This document shows, piece by piece, positions 1 to 8,727 of a stretch of DNA of 64,000 bases. A program made the translations under genes and the position numbers. Each line of letters opens with the position of its first letter. The first letter of the stretch is position 1. The notes beneath the pieces were generated by a model. The model did not search any database. It saw only the letters and a list, made by a program, of their open reading frames with translations, and was not told the DNA's origin. This DNA comes from a bacterium (GTDB lineage: Bacteria > Krumholzibacteriota > Krumholzibacteriia > LZORAL124-64-63), in assembly GCA_020049465.1 (NCBI GenBank), contig JAIFKS010000010.1, positions 8,498 through 72,497 on the forward strand, in the 5' to 3' direction.

Positions 1-1610
1 GTCCAGCCCAACGAGGCGCCGTGTCCGCGGTCGTGCCTCCAGCCCATCTGCGTCTCGGCACCGCGCACGGTCGCTTCCGCCACGTTGAGCACGCGCCAGA
101 CTTCCGCGGGGTCCGCGCGAGCCCATTCGATGCGGTCGTGTTCACTCCGCTCGAACCAGGTGGCGCTCGCCCACCAGTGGTCGCGCTCGAACGTCAGTCC
201 CCCGTCCCAGGTCCAGCCGCTCTCGGGACGCAGGCCGGGATTGCCCTGGTTGGCCGGGTCCTCGTAGTACAGATCCGTGAAAGTGGGGATGCGGAAGGCG
301 CTGCCGATCCCGGCGCGGGCGGACACGCCGCCGGGAAACGCCCAGGACACGGCCGCGCTGCCCGATCCGCGGGCCGGGCGTCCTTCGCGGCCGTCGACCC
401 TCAGACCCGCCTGCCACCGCAGGCGATCGCCGTGACGGTCCAGTTCCACGCTCAAGGCCGCCTGCCGACGCACGTGGAAACCGAGCGCCGCCACGGCCGT
501 GCCTGCTCGCACGCCCTGGCTGTCGATGTCCTCGTAGGCGCCTTCGACGCCGACGGCCAGGCTGTGGACACAGCCCAGTTCGATCAGTCCCCGGACTTCA
601 GCGGCCACGCGCCGCGTCAGATGATCGTTCAGGTAGGCGCTCGGCTGGTCGCGCCGCAGCCAGAAGCGGTCACGGTGCGTGCGCACCGACAGGCGCGGCT
701 CGAGCGTCAGCCACGGCGCCACCCGACCCCGCGCCCGCGTCCAGCCCAGAAAGGCGCGCGTGGTCTCGTAGGAAGGGAACGGCGCGTAGAAGTCGCGCGC
801 GCCGAACGCGCGGTCGGCGAAGCCGGCGAAGGACTCCAGTTCCCAGGCGCCCCAGCGGTCGGCTTCGCGCCAGGTCGCGGTGGTGGAGCGCGCGTCGGCG
901 CCCGCCCACTGGCTGCTGCCGTCGGGGGCCGTTTCGAAATGCCCGTCGGTGCGGAATCGCTCCAGCGACAGGCGGGCCCGTCGCCCTTCGGACCCTTCGG
1001 CCGCCAGATCCAGGCTGCCCCGCGCCGACCATGTACCGTCGCCGCCGCCGGTCAATGCCGCCTCGCCGCCGTTGCGTCCGGCCGGTTGCCGCGTGGCCAC
1101 GTTCAGCGTGCCGCCGAACGCTCCGGCGCCGTAGAGCGCCGAACCGTGCCCGGGCAGCACCTCGAGCCTCTCCACATCCGCCAGTCCCAGCGGCAGATCC
1201 AGCAGGTGATGGCCGGTCTGCGGATCGCCGGCGGCGAAGCCGTCGATCAGGACCAGCACCTGGTCGAAGGTCGAACCGCGGATGGTCAGATCGCCCTGCA
1301 CGCCGTACTGCTGCCTCTGCCCGACGATCACCCCGGGCACGGCCTGCAGCGCCTCGCCCACCGAGCGGACCGGCGCGGTTGCCAGATCCGCGCCGTCGAG
1401 CACGCGCACCGGACGCACGATGCCCGGCAGCGCGACCGGCACGCGCGACCCCACGATCTCCAGCGGTTCGGCCAACCACAGTGTGTCGCTGCCGGCGACC
1501 AGGAAGGCCGGTTGTCCCGCCGGCCCGTCCTGCGCGCGGGCGCTCGCCCCGCTCAAAAGGCCGGCGGCCGCGAAGGTCGCGGCCGCCAGGGAAAAAGTGC
1601 GCCGTTCCAT
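1..1610 (-). CDS. TonB-dependent outer-membrane receptor (signal peptide + plug domain); 3' end runs off the window edge
   Basis: Absent from the ORF track because it is open to position 1. My - strand translation from ATG ~1610 reads MERRTFSLAAATFAAAGLLSGASARAQDG...LEIVGSRVPVALPGIVRPVRVLDGADL...VPGVIVGQRQQYGVQGDLTIRGSTFDQVLVLIDGF...TGHHLLDLPLGLADVERLEVLPGHGSALYGAGAFGGTLNVATR, i.e. TonB-box/plug-type motifs. The listed + ORF 21..1616 is its Arg-rich antisense. Confidence 0.7.
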   Translation of the reverse strand, partial: MERRTFSLAAATFAAAGLLSGASARAQDGPAGQPAFLVAGSDTLWLAEPLEIVGSRVPVALPGIVRPVRVLDGADLATAPVRSVGEALQAVPGVIVGQRQQYGVQGDLTIRGSTFDQVLVLIDGFAAGDPQTGHHLLDLPLGLADVERLEVLPGHGSALYGAGAFGGTLNVATRQPAGRNGGEAALTGGGDGTWSARGSLDLAAEGSEGRRARLSLERFRTDGHFETAPDGSSQWAGADARSTTATWREADRWGAWELESFAGFADRAFGARDFYAPFPSYETTRAFLGWTRARGRVAPWLTLEPRLSVRTHRDRFWLRRDQPSAYLNDHLTRRVAAEVRGLIELGCVHSLAVGVEGAYEDIDSQGVRAGTAVAALGFHVRRQAALSVELDRHGDRLRWQAGLRVDGREGRPARGSGSAAVSWAFPGGVSARAGIGSAFRIPTFTDLYYEDPANQGNPGLRPESGWTWDGGLTFERDHWWASATWFERSEHDRIEWARADPAEVWRVLNVAEATVRGAETQMGWRHDRGHGASLGW

Positions 1611-1627
1611 GCCTGAACCTCTTGTAA

Positions 1628-3103
1628 TCAGTGTGCCCGGGCGCCGGGCTTGGGCTTCGCGTTCCACAGGCGTGAAGCCAGGAACAGACCGACGGCCGCG
1701 ATCGGGATCATCGCGATCGGCCAGGCCAGCCAGTTGGCGGGGTCGGTGGCCGCGCCGGCCAGCCGTCCGGCTTCATCCAGTTCGACTTTCGGCAGCACGA
1801 CCGCATAGACCAGCGACATGAAGCCGGTGCCAAGATAGACGAATCCGTCGATGATGCCCACGGCGATGCCCGCGTTCTTGGCCCCGCCGAAATCCATGCT
1901 CGCGGTGCCCGACAACATGCCATGGACGCCGATCACGGCCATCGACATGACGACGACCAGCCAACCCACGATGGGTGTCGTGTAGGTGAATGTCATGACG
2001 ATCGCGCCGACCAGCATCATGATGTAGAGGAATCCGGCCACAGGCCCGCGCCGCGACTGGAAGACGTGGTCACTGATGAACCCGGCGACGACACCACCCA
2101 GGATGCCGGCGATGCAGAGCAGCAATCCCCAGTTCTCGTTGACGAAGCTCGACTTCAGCCCCAGGGTGGCGTCGGTCTGCTTGGCGAACGAACCGTACCA
2201 CTGCATGATCGCCTGGCGCAGGAAGCCGCTGCAGAACTCGACGCCGGCAATGGTCATGATGATCGGGTTGGTGAGCATCCGCTTGAAGACGACCTTGGCG
2301 CCGAGGCGCGGGCCGTCGTCGCCGCTGGTGGCGTCGCCGGTGTTGAAATCGGCCAGTCCGGCTTCGCCCGGGGTATCGCGCACGACGAACCAGTCGATCA
2401 CCCAGAACGCGGCCAGCAGCAGTGCCGGCATCAGGAACACCCAGGCCAGGCCCATGCCACCCAGGATCAGGTAGCCGACGTCGAAGGCGAAGTAGATGCC
2501 CAGCGAGATCAGGATACCGAAGATGGCGCCGAACACGCCCCGTTCGCGCACATGGAACCAGGGCGCGTTCACCTTGACGATCGCCACGGCACCGAAACTC
2601 TGGAAGTACATGTTCATCGCGTAGAGCACGGAGAAGACGACCAGGAAGTTGGCGGCCAGAGGCCCCGACAGCGGCCCATGGTTCAGCAGCGTGAGGGCGG
2701 CCAGGCCCATCACCAGGTTCATGGCCGTCGCGCCGGCCGTGCCGATCAGCATGGCGACACGCCCGCCCAGCCGGTCGGTCAGCGGTCCGTTGATCAGGAA
2801 CGACACGCCGTAGACGATGGTCCCGACCATGAAGATGATCCCGAAGCCCGCGTTGCCCATCAGCGGCCCGCCATCGGGTCCGGCCATCTCTTCGAAGGCG
2901 TACTGGCTGACCTTCAGGTTGTAGCGCCCCATGTAGAGGAACGCGTAGGTCAATCCCAGCGGCAGCCAGTTCATGACGCGCCGCCGGACATATCGGCGAT
3001 CATGGCCCACATCGACCGAAGGCAGGCGCCAGAAGACGATGCCGACGATCGCCAGCAGGATCAGCAGGGGCAAGAATTCGTGGAGCCACTGAGGCATGGT
3101 CAC
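1628..3103 (-). CDS. MFS transporter (12-TM; sugar-phosphate/organophosphate permease-like)
   Basis: The 491-aa ORF is hydrophobic throughout with MFS-like helix pattern and Gly-rich motifs. It ends 17 bp upstream of the TonB receptor start on the same strand. Confidence 0.75.
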   Translation of the reverse strand: MTMPQWLHEFLPLLILLAIVGIVFWRLPSVDVGHDRRYVRRRVMNWLPLGLTYAFLYMGRYNLKVSQYAFEEMAGPDGGPLMGNAGFGIIFMVGTIVYGVSFLINGPLTDRLGGRVAMLIGTAGATAMNLVMGLAALTLLNHGPLSGPLAANFLVVFSVLYAMNMYFQSFGAVAIVKVNAPWFHVRERGVFGAIFGILISLGIYFAFDVGYLILGGMGLAWVFLMPALLLAAFWVIDWFVVRDTPGEAGLADFNTGDATSGDDGPRLGAKVVFKRMLTNPIIMTIAGVEFCSGFLRQAIMQWYGSFAKQTDATLGLKSSFVNENWGLLLCIAGILGGVVAGFISDHVFQSRRGPVAGFLYIMMLVGAIVMTFTYTTPIVGWLVVVMSMAVIGVHGMLSGTASMDFGGAKNAGIAVGIIDGFVYLGTGFMSLVYAVVLPKVELDEAGRLAGAATDPANWLAWPIAMIPIAAVGLFLASRLWNAKPKPGARAH

Positions 3104-3217
3104 GCTCCTGACAGGTTCCGGTCTTCAAGACGTCTGATCGATAGACGATAGCGCACCGGACGACGTCGGGCCACCGTGAATTGCCGGCCGCGCCGGCTGT
3201 CCGATCGCAGCGGACCG

Positions 3218-5611
3218 TCAATCCTGCCGGCGGATCACCACCAGAGTGATATCATCCGATTGCGCCACGCCGCGCGTGTGGTCGGCCACCGCCGCCAGGA
3301 TCGCGTCCTGGATGCCGCTGGCCGGCAGATGGCGGTTGCGTTTCAGCACCTCGCACAGGGCCTCTTCGCCGAACATGGCCTCGAAGTCCTCCTCGTCCAC
3401 GCCCGGCCCCACCGCCTCGGTGATGCCGTCGGTGTACATGAGGATGACTTCGCCCGGGGCCAGCACGACCGTGGCCTGCTGGTAGACCATGTCGCCGACC
3501 ATGCCCAGCAGGAGTCCGCCCGTGGAGAGCCGCTCCAACGTGCCGTCGCGCCGCAGGACCAGCGGCGGATTGTGGCCCGCGTTGGTGCAGGTGAAGACGC
3601 CGGTCGCCGTCTCGAGAACGCCGTAGAAGAACGTGGCGAACATGTGCGGATCCGTCGAGCGCACCAGCAGGTCGTTCACCCGCTGCACGACGCTGGCCAC
3701 CGTACCCCGGTGCAGCACCTGGCCGTGAAGGCTGGCCTGCAGATTGGACATGAGCAGCGCCGCGGGCATCCCCTTTCCGGAGACATCGCCGATGGCGATG
3801 CCGATGGCGTCATCGCCCTGCGCCAGGAAGTCGTAGTAGTCCCCGCCGATCTCGCGGCTCGGGATGCTGGCGCCGGTCACTTCGTAGCCCGGCACCAGCG
3901 GCTGGCTCCTGGGCAGCAACCGGATCTGGATGGCGCGCGCGGTGCCCATCTCCTGCGTGAGACGGTCGTTCGCCAGCGCGATCTCGCGGCCGTGCTTCAC
4001 CGCCAGGGTCATCTCGTTGAAGCTGCGCGCCAGGTCGCCGAATTCGTCCTCGTTGGGGATCGTGATCACGGTGTCCAGATCGCCCGCGGCCACCGCGCGC
4101 GTGCCCCGGTGCAGCGCGTGCACACCGGAGACGATGCCCTCGCTGATGCGCACGCCGAAGAACAGCGCAAAGCCCTCGATGACCAGGAACAGGAACGCCA
4201 CCACCGCCAGGGCCACGATCACGGCGACGTTCAGGTTGGACTCGCCCTCGAAGAAGTCGGCCTTCAGGTCGGCCGTGCCCACGCGCAGGCGCATGAACAC
4301 GGAGTAGTCGTCCAGCCGTCCGTCCCGCAATTCCCCCAGGCTCAGGAACGTGCCGCCGAAGAAGAACCCTTCGGCGAAGTATCCGCCCGTCGTCGCGGGG
4401 TCGCGGTAACTCGCTTCCAGCCCCGGGAACCGTCGAACCAGCGGGACTCCGCCGGAATCGCCTTTGGCGTCGCTCAGCCCGTCCCGGACCCCCATCACGA
4501 AATCGCCGTCGGCCTCCCGCCCGCTCGATGACGAGAGCGAGATGCCCACCCTCAGCACCCGCGAAAGCTCGGTCAGCGGCCGCCGGTTCAACTGCCAGGC
4601 GCGGGCCCGGGGCTGTTCCGTGTTCAGGTCCTGCCAGCGGATGAGCCACAGGCGGCGGTCGGCCAGGAACCACCCGGTCGTGTCCGCAGGGGCGGCGGCC
4701 AGCACCGCCGCCGTCAAGTTCTTCGCCGCCGGCAGCGAGTCCGCCGCGGCATCCGTGGGCTCGTCATCGTCGTTCCCGCGTGCCCGGCTCGCGATCGAAC
4801 GGCGCAGCTCGGCGGCCAGTTCCGGCGTCCAGGCGGGCGCGCCGCCCGCTTCGTCGGGCCATGAGAAGGCCGTGTCGAAGAGCGCCGGCGCCAGTTCGAC
4901 GCCCTGCGACGCCAGTTGGCGCCAGCTCTCGAGCATCGCGTTGGCCCGGGACGCGCGGGCGCCGCCCATTCCGGTGTAGACGACCATCAGACCCAGGGCC
5001 CCGACCAGAATCAGAGGCACGACACCGATCAGCACGGCGCTCACGGCGAGCTTCGGTCGCAGGCGCAGGAAGTGCAGCCGCATGCCCATCGCCAGGTGGA
5101 ACATCGAATAGGCCCAGAACAGGATCAGCGAGACCAACGACCAGCCGCCCAGACCGCGCAACGGACTGGTGGTGTCCTCGGGCGTCAACTTCCAGAAGGA
5201 CCAGCAGGCGACGAGCACCACCAGCGATACGGCTCCGAGCCCGAAGCTGACGGCGCGCCGGCGGTCCGAAACATGGCGCCAGCACCGGTAGCGGCGCATG
5301 GTCAGGAAGAAGCTGGACCAGATGATGGCCAGCACCTGGCCCGGCTCGCCGGCGACCAGCACCAGCACGACCGCCAGGGCCAGCGAGACGATCCAGAAAC
5401 GGCGGGCGCGCGTGTCCATCAGGACGAAACGCGCGGCCAGGAGCCACGAAGCGGCCAGCATCGCCCCTATCGCGGTCTGGATCAGGCGGCCGTCCCCGAA
5501 CCCGGCCGCCGCATGCAGAGCCAGCAGCAGGGCCGCGCCGGCAAGCAGGGCAAAGCCCGTCAGCAGGCCGCGCCAGATCTCGGCGGGAGCTTTCCAGGTC
5601 AACAGGTTCAC
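3218..5611 (-). CDS. Membrane sensor with multi-TM N-terminus, HAMP domain and C-terminal PP2C (SpoIIE/RsbU-type) Ser phosphatase
   Basis: C-terminus carries PP2C motifs (IGGDYYDF, GDVSGKGMPAALLMS, YTDGITEA). HAMP-like segment: TRAVAAGDLDTVITIPNEDEFGDLARSFNEMTLAV. Several predicted TM helices upstream. The track ORF extends to 6259, but that N-terminal ~216 aa is low-complexity and overlaps the divergent gene; the in-frame GTG at 5611 (VNLLTWK...) is a more plausible start. Confidence 0.7.
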   Translation of the reverse strand: MNLLTWKAPAEIWRGLLTGFALLAGAALLLALHAAAGFGDGRLIQTAIGAMLAASWLLAARFVLMDTRARRFWIVSLALAVVLVLVAGEPGQVLAIIWSSFFLTMRRYRCWRHVSDRRRAVSFGLGAVSLVVLVACWSFWKLTPEDTTSPLRGLGGWSLVSLILFWAYSMFHLAMGMRLHFLRLRPKLAVSAVLIGVVPLILVGALGLMVVYTGMGGARASRANAMLESWRQLASQGVELAPALFDTAFSWPDEAGGAPAWTPELAAELRRSIASRARGNDDDEPTDAAADSLPAAKNLTAAVLAAAPADTTGWFLADRRLWLIRWQDLNTEQPRARAWQLNRRPLTELSRVLRVGISLSSSSGREADGDFVMGVRDGLSDAKGDSGGVPLVRRFPGLEASYRDPATTGGYFAEGFFFGGTFLSLGELRDGRLDDYSVFMRLRVGTADLKADFFEGESNLNVAVIVALAVVAFLFLVIEGFALFFGVRISEGIVSGVHALHRGTRAVAAGDLDTVITIPNEDEFGDLARSFNEMTLAVKHGREIALANDRLTQEMGTARAIQIRLLPRSQPLVPGYEVTGASIPSREIGGDYYDFLAQGDDAIGIAIGDVSGKGMPAALLMSNLQASLHGQVLHRGTVASVVQRVNDLLVRSTDPHMFATFFYGVLETATGVFTCTNAGHNPPLVLRRDGTLERLSTGGLLLGMVGDMVYQQATVVLAPGEVILMYTDGITEAVGPGVDEEDFEAMFGEEALCEVLKRNRHLPASGIQDAILAAVADHTRGVAQSDDITLVVIRRQD

Positions 5612-5693
5612 CGGCGGCAGGCTCCTGGTTGGGGCGGACGGGATCAAGGCCCGGCCATGGTAACCGGGCGACCGCGCCGCGCCAAGCGGCGGG

Positions 5694-6425
5694 TTGCCGC
5701 CCGGGGCCGCGGGCGATAATGTGGAGACTGCGCCCGCCGACCCGCCCGCCAACCCGAGGAGCCCGCCCGTGGAACCCGTCATGCCCGACCCGGCCACCCT
5801 GCTGCCCACATCGTTCGCCGCCGTCTCCCCCGTGCTCGATGAAGTCATCGAACGCTGGCATGCGGCGGAACCGGGGCTCGGCAACTGGATGGAAGTCGTC
5901 GCGACGCTGCCGCCGCGCGAACCCGACGGATGGCAGCGCCTGGTCGAGCATCTGCAACTCATCAACACGTTCCAGTGGCACGAAGAGGACCGCAGCCGGG
6001 CGCGCGGCGCGGGCGACACGGTGCTGGCGGGCGTCAAGCGCTCCATCGACGAATCGAACCGGCGCCGGGTGCAGGCCGTCGACCAGCTGGACGCGGTCAT
6101 CCACGCGGGATTCTCGTCGCTGGGCACCATCGATCCCGATGCGCCGTTGAACAGCGAGTCGCCCGGCAGCATCATCGACCGCCTGAGCGTTCTGGCGCTC
6201 AAGGCCTGGCACGCGGCCGAAGCCGTGGTCGAGGCCGCACCCAACGAACGGCGCGCCATGCAGGACCGCCTGGCGATGCTGCGCGAGCAGCAGCGCGACC
6301 TGGGCGGCTGTCTGGACGATCTGCTCGCGGGAATCCGCCAGGGTCGGGTGGGGCTGAAGCTCTACCGTCAGATCAAGCTGTACCGCGATGCCGAGACCGG
6401 ACGCCTGGTGGCCGATCTGGACTGA
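5694..6425 (+). CDS. Hypothetical protein (alternative ATG start at 5781)
   Basis: Balanced, protein-like composition (WHEED, LKAWHAAEAV, LYRQIKLYRDAETG) in contrast to surrounding Arg-rich artefact ORFs. Divergent from the sensor phosphatase gene. Confidence 0.55.
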   Translation: MPPGAAGDNVETAPADPPANPRSPPVEPVMPDPATLLPTSFAAVSPVLDEVIERWHAAEPGLGNWMEVVATLPPREPDGWQRLVEHLQLINTFQWHEEDRSRARGAGDTVLAGVKRSIDESNRRRVQAVDQLDAVIHAGFSSLGTIDPDAPLNSESPGSIIDRLSVLALKAWHAAEAVVEAAPNERRAMQDRLAMLREQQRDLGGCLDDLLAGIRQGRVGLKLYRQIKLYRDAETGRLVADLD

Positions 6426-6450
6426 GCGGAGGCCTCCGCCCGGCGGCCTT

Positions 6451-7185
6451 TCATTCGGACAGCAGATCGGCGGCGCGGCGCCAGTCACTCTCGGTGGTGA
6501 TCTTCCAGTTGGCGATCTCCCCGTCCACCACCGCCGGTTCATGCCCGCGCGCCGCGAACAGACCGCCGTCGTCGGTGTACGACGCGCCCGAGGCCGCGGC
6601 CCAGGCGTGCGCTTCGCGCAGCAGATCCCAGCGGAAAACCTGCGGCGTCTGCACCGCGACGAGGGACTCACGCGCCAGATAGTGCGCCCGTCCCTGCTCG
6701 CGATGGACGATGGTGTCGGGCACGGGCACACCGGGCACCGCGCCGCCGCGCGCTGCCGCCGCGGCGACCAACCGGTTCAGCAGCGCCGCGCTCGCGAACG
6801 GGCGGGCGGCGTCGTGGATCGCCACCAGATCGCCCGGCGCCGGTGCGAAGGCGGCTTCCAGAGCCCGCAGACCGTTCCAGGTCGAAGCGGTGCGTGTGTC
6901 GCCCGCGTCCGCCAGGACGAGCGGCTGTTGCAGGTCGCACAGTTCGCCGGTCACCTGACGGTGCCAGGCCGCGGGCGCGGTGATGGTGACGGAAACCGGA
7001 CGCGCCGGCGCCTCGCCGTCGCCGACCACGAACGTATCGATGGCCACGCGCAGCAGCATGCCGCGGCCGGTGGGCCGGAACTGCTTGGGAACCTCGCCGC
7101 CGCCTGCGGCACGCAGCCCGCGCCCCCCCGCGACAACCAGCAGATGCAACTTCGGCGCCGGCACGGACAGATGGGGCGTGGTCAC
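6451..7185 (-). CDS. ispD: 2-C-methyl-D-erythritol 4-phosphate cytidylyltransferase
   Basis: KLHLLVVAGGRG...EVPKQF...LVAIHDAARPF...VQTPQVFRWDLLREAHA...YTDDGGLFAARGHEPAVVDGEIANWKITTESDW are IspD signatures. The track ORF (to 7539) has a junk Arg/Gly N-terminus; GTG at 7185 gives a normal ~245-aa protein and a GTGA overlap with the radA stop. Confidence 0.8.
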   Translation of the reverse strand: MTTPHLSVPAPKLHLLVVAGGRGLRAAGGGEVPKQFRPTGRGMLLRVAIDTFVVGDGEAPARPVSVTITAPAAWHRQVTGELCDLQQPLVLADAGDTRTASTWNGLRALEAAFAPAPGDLVAIHDAARPFASAALLNRLVAAAAARGGAVPGVPVPDTIVHREQGRAHYLARESLVAVQTPQVFRWDLLREAHAWAAASGASYTDDGGLFAARGHEPAVVDGEIANWKITTESDWRRAADLLSE

Positions 7186-8705
7186 GGCGTGGCCTCCCGC
7201 GCGCGGCGCGCCGGCGGGCGCGGCTCGAAGACCAGCGCCACCGCCTCCTCCACACTCGTGGCGGTCGCCAGTTCGATGCCCTTGATCCCCCGCGGCTTCC
7301 GTCCGGCCGATGCCGCCAGCACCACGCGGGTGAATCCGTGTCCGGCGGCTTCGCGCAGGCGGGCCTCGAGTTCGCTGACGCCGCGCACCTCGCCGGTCAG
7401 ACCGACCTCGCCCAGGACCAGAGTGCCTTCGGGCACCGGGCGCTCGCGCAGGGACGAGGCCAGCGCCGCGACCACCGCCAGGTCCGCGCCCGGATCGTCG
7501 ACGCGGCCGCCGCCGGCCACCTTGACGAAGATGTCGCAACCGGCCAGATCGAGCCCCGCCCGCTTTTCGAGAATGGCCGCCAGAAGCGCCACCCGCTTGC
7601 TGTCGACGCCCTGCACCACCCGCTGCGGCGTGCCGTAGCGCGCCGGCGCGACCAGCGCCTGCACCTCGACCAGGAAGGTGCGCGAGCCGTTCTTCACGGC
7701 GCAGACGGCGGCGCCGGGCTCGACGCCGCGCCGCCCGCTCAGGAACATCAGCCCGGCCTGGTCGACCGGCACCAGACCTTCGCCGCGCATCTCCATCACG
7801 GCCAGTTCTCCGGTCGTGCCGAAGCGGTTCTTGACCGCGCGCACCATGCGGATGGCGCCGCCGCCGCTGCCTTCGAAGTACAGCACCGTGTCGACCATGT
7901 GCTCGAGCAGCTTGGGCCCGGCCAGATCGCCGGTCTTGGTCACGTGCCCGACCAGGAACACGGGCCAGCCGGTGCGGCGCGCGAAATCGGCCAGCACGCC
8001 GCCGCAGAAGCGGATCTGCGTGGGGCTGCCGGGATAGGCATCGACCTGATCACTGTGAAGAGTCTGGATGGAGTCGGCGATGATCACCGTCGGCGGCACG
8101 GCAGCGCCCGCCGGCGCTTCCGCGTCGAGATCCCCGAGCGCCGCGAGGATCGTCTCGAGCAGCACTTCGGGCAGGATGAGAAACCCGTCTTCGCGGTCGG
8201 GGCGGAAGCCCAGGCGCTCGGCCCGCATGCGGATCTGCGAGGGCGATTCCTCGCCGGCCACGTAGATGACGCGGATGCCCTGCCGCACCCACCACAGGCC
8301 CAGCCCGGTCAGCAGCGTCGACTTGCCCACGCCCGGTTCGCCGCCGAGCAGGACGACCGAGCCTTCGACCAGGCCGCCGCCGAGCACGCGCGCGACCTCG
8401 GCCGGCTCGACCGGCAGGCGGCGGCTGGCCGCCGACTCGATCTGCGCCAGTGGCACCGGCCGCGGTGCGGCTCCCGGCTGCGCGCCGGACAGACGATTCT
8501 TCAGGTTCGTGGAGGCGCCGCCGAACCCGACGGGACGCTGCCCCGTCGCGCTGAAACCACGGGCACCCTTCGAGGCGCCGGCGGCCGGCGCGATCTTCAT
8601 TTCGGCAAACGTGTTCCAGGCGTGGCAGCCGGGGCATTGCCCCAGCCAGCGCAGCTCCTCGTGACCACAGTCGGTGCAGAAGAAGCGCGTGGTGCTCTTG
8701 GCCAT
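7182..8705 (-). CDS. radA: DNA repair protein RadA/Sms
   Basis: MAKSTTRFFCTDCGHEELRWLGQCPGCHAWNTF zinc finger, Walker A GEPGVGKSTLL, KNRFG motif and Lon-like C-terminus. Start moved to ATG 8705 (MAKST...) from the track's 9005. Confidence 0.9.
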   Translation of the reverse strand: MAKSTTRFFCTDCGHEELRWLGQCPGCHAWNTFAEMKIAPAAGASKGARGFSATGQRPVGFGGASTNLKNRLSGAQPGAAPRPVPLAQIESAASRRLPVEPAEVARVLGGGLVEGSVVLLGGEPGVGKSTLLTGLGLWWVRQGIRVIYVAGEESPSQIRMRAERLGFRPDREDGFLILPEVLLETILAALGDLDAEAPAGAAVPPTVIIADSIQTLHSDQVDAYPGSPTQIRFCGGVLADFARRTGWPVFLVGHVTKTGDLAGPKLLEHMVDTVLYFEGSGGGAIRMVRAVKNRFGTTGELAVMEMRGEGLVPVDQAGLMFLSGRRGVEPGAAVCAVKNGSRTFLVEVQALVAPARYGTPQRVVQGVDSKRVALLAAILEKRAGLDLAGCDIFVKVAGGGRVDDPGADLAVVAALASSLRERPVPEGTLVLGEVGLTGEVRGVSELEARLREAAGHGFTRVVLAASAGRKPRGIKGIELATATSVEEAVALVFEPRPPARRAREATP

Positions 8706-8727
8706 GTTCCTCCGGGCTTGTGCCGAC

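Noticed and set aside
21-1616. 531-aa + strand ORF at the window start, and the nested - ORF 670..1479
   Set aside because: Arg/Gly/Pro/Ala low-complexity translation typical of antisense or out-of-frame reading in 70% GC DNA. The opposite strand encodes a convincing TonB-dependent receptor N-terminus.
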